Source: an archaeon
GTDB lineage: Archaea; Nanobdellota; Nanobdellia; Pacearchaeales; GW2011-AR1
Assembly (NCBI GenBank): GCA_030605415.1
Contig: JAUWIJ010000003.1
Span: forward strand, 4,441 to 68,440
Direction of reading: 5' to 3'
Length of the DNA: 64,000 nt
Shown: piece after piece, positions 1-7,598 of the stretch
How positions within the stretch are numbered: position 1 is the first letter of the stretch
How the letters are laid out: each line of letters starts with the position of its first letter
Program-made: the position numbers and the translations under genes
Notes under the pieces: generated by a model
The model's input: only the letters and a program-made list of their open reading frames with translations
The model's database searches: none
Told to the model about the DNA's origin: nothing

Positions 1-1074
1 TTGAATTTGTGAGGGTACCAGCGAAGCGTCCGACCACCGACCGCCCGACGAAGTGTAGACAGAATCTACACTGAGCGATTCCTCAGTCAAAGTTCCAGTC
101 TTATCCGTACAAATCACCGTCGCTCGACCCAAAGTCTCCGCCGCAGGCAGTCGCCGAATTAAAGTATTAACCTTATGCATCTGCTTAATCGCAACCGCCA
201 GACTAATCACAATAATCGCAGGAAGCGCAGAAGGAATAGCCGCAATAGCCAAACTAACAGAAACCAAAAACATCTCAAGCACCCCAATCCCAGAATAAAC
301 CCCAATCCCAAAAGCAAAAGCAACTATCACCAAAATCGCAATCGAGATATTTCTGGAAAAAATATTTATCTTCTTCTCGAGTGGCATAATCTCATCCTCG
401 GTTTTCTGAACTAATTCAGCCAATTTCCCAAATTCAGTTCTGTGTCCAGTTTCAACAACAACGGCCGTAGATTTTCCTCTGGCAATAGATGTCCCGGCAT
501 AAATCATATTTTTCCTGTCCGCCAAAACCACATCACTCTTCAAAGTTCCAGTCAACTTATCAACCGGAAAACTTTCTCCACTTAAAACAGCCTCGTTAAC
601 TTGTAAATTTTCCAAACTCAAAATTCGGCAGTCCGCCAAAACCTTATCGCCAACATTCAGAAAAATAATATCACCCGGAACCAACAACCCAGAATCAATT
701 TCCATCTGAACTCCGTCTCTCAAAACCATAGCTTTATATCTTAAACTTTTTCGCAACTTTTCAATAATTTCTTCAGCCTTGTATTCTTGCACAAACCCAA
801 TCCCAGCATTCAGAAAAACAATAGCTCCAATCACAACAGCGTCAATAAAATGTCCAATCATCGCCGATATAACTGCGGCAACAATCAAAATATAAATCAA
901 CAACGAATTAAACTGTTTCAGAAAAATCATCAACAAACTCTTGCCCTTATATTTGTGAATAACATTTTTCCCAAACTTTGCAAATCTCTTTTGTACCTCA
1001 CCCTTGGTTAGCCCATTTTCAGAACTGTCCAAATTTTTTAACACCTTCTCGCGAGATTGAATATGCCAATCCAT
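1..1074 (-). CDS. P-type cation-transporting ATPase, N-terminal ~358 aa (3' part runs off the window)
   Basis: Absent from the ORF track because there is no stop in the window. Reverse translation from ATG at 1074 gives MDWHIQSREKVLKNLDSSENGLTKGEVQKRFAKFGKNV. Revcomp of 61-120 reads TVICTDKTGTLTEE, the DKTGT phosphorylation motif. The + ORFs 175..414 and 787..1011 are antisense shadows. Confidence 0.85.
   Translation of the reverse strand, partial: MDWHIQSREKVLKNLDSSENGLTKGEVQKRFAKFGKNVIHKYKGKSLLMIFLKQFNSLLIYILIVAAVISAMIGHFIDAVVIGAIVFLNAGIGFVQEYKAEEIIEKLRKSLRYKAMVLRDGVQMEIDSGLLVPGDIIFLNVGDKVLADCRILSLENLQVNEAVLSGESFPVDKLTGTLKSDVVLADRKNMIYAGTSIARGKSTAVVVETGHRTEFGKLAELVQKTEDEIMPLEKKINIFSRNISIAILVIVAFAFGIGVYSGIGVLEMFLVSVSLAIAAIPSALPAIIVISLAVAIKQMHKVNTLIRRLPAAETLGRATVICTDKTGTLTEESLSVDSVYTSSGGRWSDASLVPSQIQ
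6..52 (+). repeat. GC-rich mosaic element inside the ATPase CDS (TTTGTGAGGGTACC + CCAGCGAAGCGTCCGACCACCGACC)
   Basis: The same two modules recur at 5067, 10762 and 61839, and at 32868, 48723 and 62375. The element lies just after the DKTGT motif in the protein. Confidence 0.75.
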
Positions 1075-1157
1075 AAATTACCTAAGATATATTACATTAT
1101 AAATTTACCCCCAAAAACCATAACTCCTCAATCCAAAAGTTTTATAATATAACAAAC

Positions 1158-1165
1158 TTTATAAA
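1158..1165 (+). promoter_or_regulatory. TATA-box-like TTTATAAA upstream of the 1189 operon
   Basis: It lies 24-31 nt upstream of ATG 1189. The same motif and spacing recur at many genes here. Confidence 0.5.
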
Positions 1166-1188
1166 GTTTAATAGAGGTGTAACACTAC

Positions 1189-1398
1189 ATGGATGCAAAA
1201 AAGAAGTTGACGATTTTGGTTATAGTTGCAGTAATTCTTGCGATAACGGCAATAGTGTTAAATATTGCAGATTCAGAAGTTCCGACGACAAGAAGCTCAT
1301 CTGATGCCGACCAAAGTAGTGGGGGAGTTATCGGAGTTGATATAATACCTGGAGAAGTTGAAGATAAATTATTAGAAGAAACGGCGGGGCAACCATGA
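1189..1398 (+). CDS. small membrane-anchored protein (one N-terminal TM helix, acidic tail)
   Basis: 69-aa ORF with hydrophobic LTILVIVAVILAITAIVL. Its stop overlaps the next start (ATGA at 1395), so it is the first gene of the operon. Confidence 0.5.
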   Translation: MDAKKKLTILVIVAVILAITAIVLNIADSEVPTTRSSSDADQSSGGVIGVDIIPGEVEDKLLEETAGQP

Positions 1399-1985
1399 AA
1401 TTAGATAACACAGAAATAATAAGTTACATATCGATAGCGGTTATAATCATATCGTTATTTTTTATAGGTGCAGAAATTACGGGATACGCAGTAACGGAAA
1501 ACGAGACGGCAATAGTCAATGTTACTATTTCGACATCAGCTGCATTAGAGTTTACTACAGCTCTTCTTGATTTTGGTTCTGGTTATGTAAATGCGGGGCA
1601 GGCAGGGGCGACAATAAATAGCGACGGAACCGTTACTGACGGAACATGGGCAGTGCAAAATGGGGAATTGGTGCTAGATAATATAGGAAATATAAATTTA
1701 AGTTTAACATTGTCAACAAATAAGACTGTAGCTGATTTTATTGATGGCTTAAATCCAACATTTAAAGCAAAAGTATCAGATACTGCCGGTAATACCGGGG
1801 CGTGTACTGGTACTCAAACATTTAGTTCGTACGCAGAAGTTAATCAGACTCTTCAAACAGCATGTGGAAAGTTGGCATTTGGCGGAGACTTCGACGAAAT
1901 TGATATTAACTTTGAGCTATACATTCCTAACGACGCGGAAGGTGCAAAAACGATAGGAATAATTGCTATAGGTACTACGCTGTAA
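1395..1985 (+). CDS. secreted or anchored beta-rich surface protein, candidate filament or pilin-like subunit
   Basis: 196 aa with an N-terminal TM/signal (ISIAVIIISLFFIGAEITGYA), followed by Thr/Asn/Gly-rich beta-type sequence. No family was recognised with certainty. Confidence 0.45.
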   Translation: MKLDNTEIISYISIAVIIISLFFIGAEITGYAVTENETAIVNVTISTSAALEFTTALLDFGSGYVNAGQAGATINSDGTVTDGTWAVQNGELVLDNIGNINLSLTLSTNKTVADFIDGLNPTFKAKVSDTAGNTGACTGTQTFSSYAEVNQTLQTACGKLAFGGDFDEIDINFELYIPNDAEGAKTIGIIAIGTTL

Positions 1986-2033
1986 AGTTGATGGGAACTG
2001 TAAATTTATAAACAATAATTTCTTAATTAGCTA

Positions 2034-3179
2034 ATGAAGAGGAATATTATTTTAGGATTATTTTTGTTGGTGATTATTTTTGCAGAAATAATTTCTGCAG
2101 GAGGAGTGGGAATTAGCCCGGTATATTACAAAGAGTTTTTTGAGCCAAATTTAGAAAAGAATTTTACTTTCAATGCTTTTAATACAAAAGCAGAGGAGGG
2201 AGTAAATATTTATGTCAAAGGAGACCTCGCAGATTATGTTACATTAAGTAATGCGTATTTTTTGGGTGGTGGAGAATTTATAGTTACAATAAAACTGCCG
2301 ACAAAAATTGAGAAGCCAGGAACGCATGAAATAATCATAGGTGCAATAGAGGCCAAGAGCGAAATAGAAGGAGCAACTCTGGGTGGAATTGCGGCAATAC
2401 AGGGACGAATCGACATACTGGTTCCCTACCCAGGAAAATATTCCGAATCAACATTTACAATAAATAATATTAACGAAGGGGAATCAGCAACTTACGAAAT
2501 AGAAACTGAAAACTTAGGGAGCCAATATTTAGATATAAAGACCACAATTGAAGTTTATAAAAATAATATGTCAGAAAAAGTTTTGACAAAAAAACTAAAA
2601 GAAATAAATCTTAAACCAAAAGAAATCTTCAGCGTAATCGAAACAATAGATACTCGAAATCTCCCTCCCGGAGACTACCAAGCTCTCGCAATAATCGACT
2701 GGGGACAAATAGATAAAATAAATCAAACTTTCCGAATCGGAGAATTCTTAGTTGAAATTATCGACTATGATTATCAATTCGAAGAAAACAAAATCAACGA
2801 ATTCAACATAGAAATACAAAATAAATGGAACACAAAAATAGACAAAATATTCGCTACAGTATCGATAACAGATGAAGGAAGATTTCTGAATAGTTTCAAA
2901 ACAGTTTCGGTAGACACGGCACCATGGGAAACAAAAAATCTAACAAGTTATTTCGATACCACAGGACTTGAAACAAAAAGGTATACTGCGAATATCGTTT
3001 TGAATTACGGCGAAGAAATCTCAAGCAAACTAATAGCAATTTACATAAACGAATCTCCGAAAGAGAGATACGCAAAATATATTATAATAGCAACAATAAT
3101 AGCTCTAAGTATAATAGCAACATTCATCTACTTAATATTAAAAATAATAAAGCTAAGAAAAAATGCAAAGAAAAAATAA
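2034..3179 (+). CDS. secreted protein with tandem Ig-like (CARDB-like) domains and a C-terminal TM anchor
   Basis: 381 aa. It has a signal peptide, then GVGISPVYY, then NEGESATYEIETENLG-type beta-sandwich sequence. The C-terminal TM is IIIATIIALSIIATFIYLIL, followed by KLRKNAKKK. Confidence 0.5.
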   Translation: MKRNIILGLFLLVIIFAEIISAGGVGISPVYYKEFFEPNLEKNFTFNAFNTKAEEGVNIYVKGDLADYVTLSNAYFLGGGEFIVTIKLPTKIEKPGTHEIIIGAIEAKSEIEGATLGGIAAIQGRIDILVPYPGKYSESTFTINNINEGESATYEIETENLGSQYLDIKTTIEVYKNNMSEKVLTKKLKEINLKPKEIFSVIETIDTRNLPPGDYQALAIIDWGQIDKINQTFRIGEFLVEIIDYDYQFEENKINEFNIEIQNKWNTKIDKIFATVSITDEGRFLNSFKTVSVDTAPWETKNLTSYFDTTGLETKRYTANIVLNYGEEISSKLIAIYINESPKERYAKYIIIATIIALSIIATFIYLILKIIKLRKNAKKK

Positions 3180-3564
3180 AATCCTGTTGTCATCATTAAT
3201 AATTGTAGGAGTTGTATTTGTTTTTATGAATAGTTTAGTATTGAGCAAGGAAGTGATTTCAACGGAGTTCGTCTTGGGTGAAAATATGGGCTTTGACTTG
3301 TCGCCAGGAAAATTAAACTTCGGACAGATAGTTCCCGGCAATAGTGCATCAAGAGAAATAACAATAGAAAATAATTTTGATAAAAAAATAAAAATATCAA
3401 TAAAATCTTCAGGAGAAATATCAAAAAATATAATTGTTTCGGAGAATAACTTTATCCTAAATCCTTCAGAATCAAAAAATATAACATTCTCTGCATATAC
3501 TGACGGACTAACAGAATTCAGAAGTTATAACGGAAAAATAATTATTATATCCAAAAGAGCTTAA
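3163..3564 (+). CDS. small secreted Ig-like (PapD/ASH-like) domain protein
   Basis: 133 aa with a signal/TM, then LNFGQIVPGNSASREITIEN, which is typical of single beta-sandwich domains. It overlaps the previous gene by 17 nt. Confidence 0.4.
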   Translation: MQRKNKILLSSLIIVGVVFVFMNSLVLSKEVISTEFVLGENMGFDLSPGKLNFGQIVPGNSASREITIENNFDKKIKISIKSSGEISKNIIVSENNFILNPSESKNITFSAYTDGLTEFRSYNGKIIIISKRA

Positions 3565-3576
3565 ATTGGTTTATTC

Positions 3577-3624
3577 CTAGAACTCAGACCGCTTCACTTT
3601 TAGAACTCAGAATCCCCACTCAGA
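3577..3624 (-). repeat. short AGAACTC-type element remnant
   Basis: The sequence ctagaactcagaccgcttcacttttagaactcagaatcc resembles revcomp of the Pop5 insert (cagaactcagaccgcttcgctctcagaactc). Confidence 0.6.
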
Positions 3625-3688
3625 TTAAAAGTGTTCATTTCTGTGGAGAATCGGAAAGATTAATAAATAACTAAGTTTTGTTAAAACT

Positions 3689-4459
3689 ATGAAAAAAGAG
3701 AGTTGGGAAGTGGCTTTGGATAAGTTTCTTATACCTTGGAAGAAGAACAAAGAGGTAAGCGGAATTATTGTTTGCGGAAGCTATATTACAGGCAACCCGA
3801 CAAAACACTCTGACGTTGATATCTACATAGTCTTAAAAAAAGAATGTAAATGGGAAGAAAGAGGAAACAAGATTGTGGATGGAATTTTAATGGAGTATTT
3901 TGCAAGTCCTCCGAGGCAGATTAAAAAAAATTTAGAATCCGATTTTAAAAAAAGAGAACAAATTGATGCACATATGATTTACACTGGAAAAATCATATTA
4001 GACAAAGAGGGCGGATTAAGAAAATTAAAGAAACTATCAAAAAAATACTTGAATAAGAAATTTGGAAAAATGACTCGTTATATGTATGAATTGGGAAAAT
4101 ACGATCTTTTTGATATGTCCGATAATTTAGAAGAGGTATACCTTAGAAAAACTCCAGATTTTAACTTTGTATATTTTAACTTTCTTGAAGATGTTTTTTC
4201 AATATATTCCGAATTCTTGAGTTATTATAAAATTAAAAAAGATAATGTTTATAGATTCTTAACCGATAAAGAAAATAGAAAGAAATATTTAATATCTGAT
4301 TTTCCAGATAAAGTATTTTTAAGAAATTTTGTTTTAGCAATAAAAGAAAGGAATGAAAAGAAGATGTTAAGAAAATTTGTTGAACTGTCAAAATATGTTC
4401 AGGACAAAATGGGTGGTTTTGATATAGATGGATGGAAGTTTAAATCTAGTGCAGAATGA
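3689..4459 (+). CDS. Pol-beta superfamily nucleotidyltransferase (KNTase/ANT-like)
   Basis: CGSYITGNPTKHSDVDIYIV matches the GS...DxD nucleotidyltransferase motif, and there is a helical C-terminal half. Confidence 0.6.
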   Translation: MKKESWEVALDKFLIPWKKNKEVSGIIVCGSYITGNPTKHSDVDIYIVLKKECKWEERGNKIVDGILMEYFASPPRQIKKNLESDFKKREQIDAHMIYTGKIILDKEGGLRKLKKLSKKYLNKKFGKMTRYMYELGKYDLFDMSDNLEEVYLRKTPDFNFVYFNFLEDVFSIYSEFLSYYKIKKDNVYRFLTDKENRKKYLISDFPDKVFLRNFVLAIKERNEKKMLRKFVELSKYVQDKMGGFDIDGWKFKSSAE

Positions 4460-4610
4460 ATACAAACTAGAAGCTCTGTCTCCCACTTAAAATAGGTCAA
4501 ATCAGCAACCTTTTTAGAGAACTGTTTTTTCTAAATAAATTCGGATAAAAATTATTGTACTTAATTTCTCAAACATGGAACACTTTTTCGTTTTCGGTAG
4601 AAATCCTAAA

Positions 4611-4859
4611 TTATCTTCCAACGTGTCCATAATAGCGCCTTCTCTTTTCCATTCTCTCTTCTATTAACTTTATACGCTCTTCATAGTTCTCCTTCCACAT
4701 CGTTTTAAATGTTTTTGGAGTTGGTTCCAAATTTTTCAGATATTCTAAGCGACGCTCATCATCAGAAGAATCCGCAGAATATACCTCTTTAGACATAACT
4801 TTATCAACCAAAAATTTTGAAGTGTCTTGCTTATTCTGAGCTATTGTTTCATCTTCCAT
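4611..4859 (-). CDS. hypothetical protein (83 aa from the internal ATG)
   Basis: The ORF track extends to 4943, but ATG 4859 (MEDETIAQNK) has a TATA-like box 22-30 nt upstream. Confidence 0.4.
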   Translation of the reverse strand: MEDETIAQNKQDTSKFLVDKVMSKEVYSADSSDDERRLEYLKNLEPTPKTFKTMWKENYEERIKLIEERMEKRRRYYGHVGR

Positions 4860-4880
4860 ACTTATTATAAAATAAAATAC

Positions 4881-4889
4881 TATATAAAT
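4881..4889 (-). promoter_or_regulatory. TATA-like box (TTTATATA on the minus strand) for 4611..4859
   Basis: Spacing is 22-30 nt from ATG 4859. Confidence 0.4.
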
Positions 4890-4961
4890 CTTTCGGTGTG
4901 TTATCACTTTAAAGTAAGTCCTCCACTCCATTTTCAATCGCAATATCCTCGATGTTGCTAT

Positions 4962-5100
4962 CCCACAAATCCCAAATTCCTCGCCAGTCCCATCCCCCGT
5001 CCCCAGCTCTGAGTTCTAAGTTCTCATCCCTGAGTCGGCGTGCCCCAACCCATTTTCCCCTTGTATCTGTGAGGGTATCTCTACGTTCTCAATTCTGAAC
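4962..5100 (+). repeat. composite GC-rich mosaic element
   Basis: It reads CACAAATCCCAAAT, then CCCCGTCCCCAGCTCTGAGTTCTAAGTTCT, then GAGTCGGCGTGCCCCAACC...TTGTATCTGTGAGGGTATC. Confidence 0.8.
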
Positions 5101-5105
5101 GTCGC

Positions 5106-5972
5106 TCAAACTCCCTCTTTGGCTCCCTCTCCAACCGAAACACTTTCACTTTCTTTGGCACTTTCAGCTCGTTTCAACTTAACTTCCTCATCAGCCTTTT
5201 CAGCCAAAGTTCTCATTTTTTCCTCAATTGCACTCTCTCCAGATTTCAACTCACTCTCTTTCTTCTCTCGGGCAAGTCTTTTCTTTCGCGGTTCTTCCAA
5301 AATCAATTTCTCCCCAACAAAATCTTCAAGACTAGGCAACGGTTTATCAATCTTGTATGCCTTCATATATTCCCTTGCCATCAACCAAAAGAATAACCCA
5401 AGCGACTTATTCGATTTATTATTTCCAATCATCACGACATCAATATTCGCAGTGTGATTATTAGTATCGCAAACGCCAACGACGGGAATTCTAATATTCT
5501 TCGCATCCGCCAGAGCATTCTTATCTAACCACGGGTCGCAAATAACAATCATCTTGGTTTCAATAAAATCATCCAGCACAGTATTGGTCAAAACCCCCGA
5601 CGGATATTTCTTCGTATAAGTTCGAACCCCAGTTAATTCAGCAAACATTTTTGCCGCCCTCCAGCCAGCCTCTCTTTTACAAACCAAAGTCCAATCACTC
5701 GGCTTGAATCGCTTAATAAAATCGATACCATCAGCCAATTTTTTATCAACCAAAAGTGTGTTCAAAATCGCAAGACCATCCAGCCTTCTCCTATAAACAT
5801 ATTTTCTCATCGTCGGCGTAATAACCTTTGTCCCCAAATACGACGCCGTCTTAATATAATCCTCAAGAGGAGTCAAAATCGTCTGGTCTTCTTTCTTATC
5901 GCCAACATTTTGTTTATCAGATGACTCGTCTACATTAACATCTTTTATAGTTTCTTCTTTTTTGTCCGCCAT
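5106..5972 (-). CDS. rps2: 30S ribosomal protein S2 (uS2) with Lys/Glu-rich N- and C-terminal extensions
   Basis: The core contains LGTKVITPTMRKYVYRRRLDGLAILN and VVGVCDTNN. The tail is a low-complexity KKRLAREKKESELK sequence. Confidence 0.9.
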   Translation of the reverse strand: MADKKEETIKDVNVDESSDKQNVGDKKEDQTILTPLEDYIKTASYLGTKVITPTMRKYVYRRRLDGLAILNTLLVDKKLADGIDFIKRFKPSDWTLVCKREAGWRAAKMFAELTGVRTYTKKYPSGVLTNTVLDDFIETKMIVICDPWLDKNALADAKNIRIPVVGVCDTNNHTANIDVVMIGNNKSNKSLGLFFWLMAREYMKAYKIDKPLPSLEDFVGEKLILEEPRKKRLAREKKESELKSGESAIEEKMRTLAEKADEEVKLKRAESAKESESVSVGEGAKEGV

Positions 5973-6175
5973 TTTAATAGATTATAATTCCGTTCAGGAG
6001 TTTAGAGAATTTCCGAAGAAATTTTCTCCACGAAACTTCTTTGAAGTTACTTTAGCTATTTTGGAGAAACCAAAATAGATTCACGAAACTTCTTTGAAGT
6101 TACTTAACGCTACTACCCGTTTCCGAGCCCCGCACCTGAAACATATAATGGATGAGAAATTTTAGTTTATAAGTT
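5973..6175 (-). promoter_or_regulatory. long structured 5' leader of rps2 with a distal TATA (TTTATAAG 6166-6173)
   Basis: There is no properly spaced TATA next to the ATG. A 26-nt direct repeat cacgaaacttctttgaagttacttta (one substitution between the copies) occurs at 6029 and 6082, each copy containing the hairpin AACTTC-TTT-GAAGTT. A 9-bp hairpin ctattttgg/ccaaaatag lies at 6056-6078. Confidence 0.4.
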
Positions 6176-6186
6176 TACCGATGACT

Positions 6187-6325
6187 CACAAATCCCAAAT
6201 CCCCGTCCCCAGTTCGGAGTTGGGAGTTTGTAGTTGATAGTTAATAGCCCCCCCGCTTCCCCGTTCCCTGCCCCCACTCCCCACCCCCAACTCCAAACTA
6301 CCAACTACGAACGCAAAAGCGTTCG
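6187..6325 (+). repeat. composite GC-rich mosaic element between rps2 and eno, overlapping the eno stop
   Basis: It contains CACAAATCCCAAATCCCCGTCCCC, GAGTTGGGAGTTTGTAGTTGATAGTT, the 28-mer AGCCCCCCCGCTTCCCCGTTCCCTGCCC (identical at 46163), CCCAACTCCAAACTACCAACTAC, and the hairpin GAACGC-AAAA-GCGTTC. Confidence 0.85.
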
Positions 6326-7576
6326 TTCAATCATCATCACTCTACGAAGTTTGATAAGCCTCTCTCGTCCAAAAATTCCAGTCTTGATAAATTGTCCTCC
6401 GAATCCGATACAATAATCTGCGAGAATATTATCCATCGTTTCTCCTGACCTATGTGAAAAAATCATAACAATATTATTCTTCTTGCAAAATTCCACAACT
6501 TTTTTCACTTCCAAAATGGACCCAATCTGATTCGGTTTAATAATCACAGCATTAATCGCTTCTCCCCGAACCGCCCGATGAACTCTTTTTAAATTTGTCG
6601 TCGTCAAATCATCCCCAACAATCAAAGTCTTACTTTTCTTTATTTCTGCAATGCCATTCGAAATTTCTTTAAATCCGGAAAAATCTTCCTCCTGCATTCC
6701 ATCTTCAACATAAAAAATTCCAAACTTTTTCACCAACCTCTCAATATAATCCGCCTGGTCAACCTTGTCCCGAATCAAATCTTTATTTTTATATCTATAA
6801 TAACTTTTATCATAAAATGTAGACGCTGCAACATCCAACCCAATCCTTAATTTATATCTTTTCGCAACAGTCTTTAAAATTTCAAGCACCTCTTCATTCG
6901 TTTTACCTGTCATCCAAGCCCCCTCATCATTTCTCTCCCTCCTCCATTCCCCAAACTTACCCCCAACCCCCAACCCCCAACCCCCAACCGGTTTTTGAAC
7001 CAAAACCTTCTTCGAGTACTCATAAGCTCTCAAATTCACAGTCACCGCTCGACCAAAAGTTTTCTCTTTCGGAATTAACAAAAACTCTTGAAAGTCAGGA
7101 CGTTTTCCATTAATAGTTTTAGAATGCAATCCTCCACCAATACAATTCCCGACGGGCATCGGCATCTTCGGTCGCAAACCATCATTCACATCATCATTAA
7201 TAAACTCCCACAATTCCTTTCCATTATCCGCGGCAGCCGCCTTCAAAAACACGCCTTCCATCGCATAATTTACATTCCCCCCAAACCTTCCAAACTTCGC
7301 CTCGAACCGTCGCATCAATTCAACAATCTGTTTCAAGTGCGCAATCCTTTTAATAATAAAATTTTTGTGCTTCAACTTCGGGCAAAAAACCCGCAACATT
7401 TTCATACTCCGTTCAATTCCCTTCGCATTATAACTCGCGACCTCACTCTTTCCTTTAGACTTTCCCGACGGTGCCGAACACTTAAATTTCCCTTCATATG
7501 TTACAATCTCAATTTGTATGCTTTTTTCTCCACGGGAATTTTTTACAAAACGGGGTAACACTTCTTTAATAAACAT
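6305..7576 (-). CDS. eno: enolase
   Basis: SHRSGETMDN matches the enolase signature (SHRSGETED). The N-terminal is RGEKSIQIEIVT, and the gene sits in the conserved archaeal rpoK-eno-rps2 neighbourhood. Confidence 0.85.
   Translation of the reverse strand: MFIKEVLPRFVKNSRGEKSIQIEIVTYEGKFKCSAPSGKSKGKSEVASYNAKGIERSMKMLRVFCPKLKHKNFIIKRIAHLKQIVELMRRFEAKFGRFGGNVNYAMEGVFLKAAAADNGKELWEFINDDVNDGLRPKMPMPVGNCIGGGLHSKTINGKRPDFQEFLLIPKEKTFGRAVTVNLRAYEYSKKVLVQKPVGGWGLGVGGKFGEWRRERNDEGAWMTGKTNEEVLEILKTVAKRYKLRIGLDVAASTFYDKSYYRYKNKDLIRDKVDQADYIERLVKKFGIFYVEDGMQEEDFSGFKEISNGIAEIKKSKTLIVGDDLTTTNLKRVHRAVRGEAINAVIIKPNQIGSILEVKKVVEFCKKNNIVMIFSHRSGETMDNILADYCIGFGGQFIKTGIFGRERLIKLRRVMMIERTLLRS
6961..6988 (+). repeat. 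(CCCCAAC)x4 perfect heptamer array inside eno
   Basis: Read directly from the sequence. It encodes VGGWGLGVGG in frame. Confidence 0.95.
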
Positions 7577-7598
7577 ACCATAAAAAGAAGAAAAGATA

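Noticed and set aside
175-1011. The + strand ORFs 175..414 and 787..1011.
   Set aside because: They are antisense to a well-supported P-type ATPase CDS. Their basic/Asn/Gln-rich low-complexity translations are typical of shadow frames.
6234-6416. ORFs made almost entirely of repeat-element DNA: 6234..6416, 13951..14148, 19528..19863, 19656..19853, 32754..33107, 32801..33019, 46070..46255, 46116..46313, 48522..48848, 48572..48823, 50055..50429 and 32130..32327.
   Set aside because: Their Pro/Ser/Gln-rich translations come from reading the heptamer arrays. Most overlap better-supported genes or lie on the wrong strand. None has a promoter at the standard spacing.
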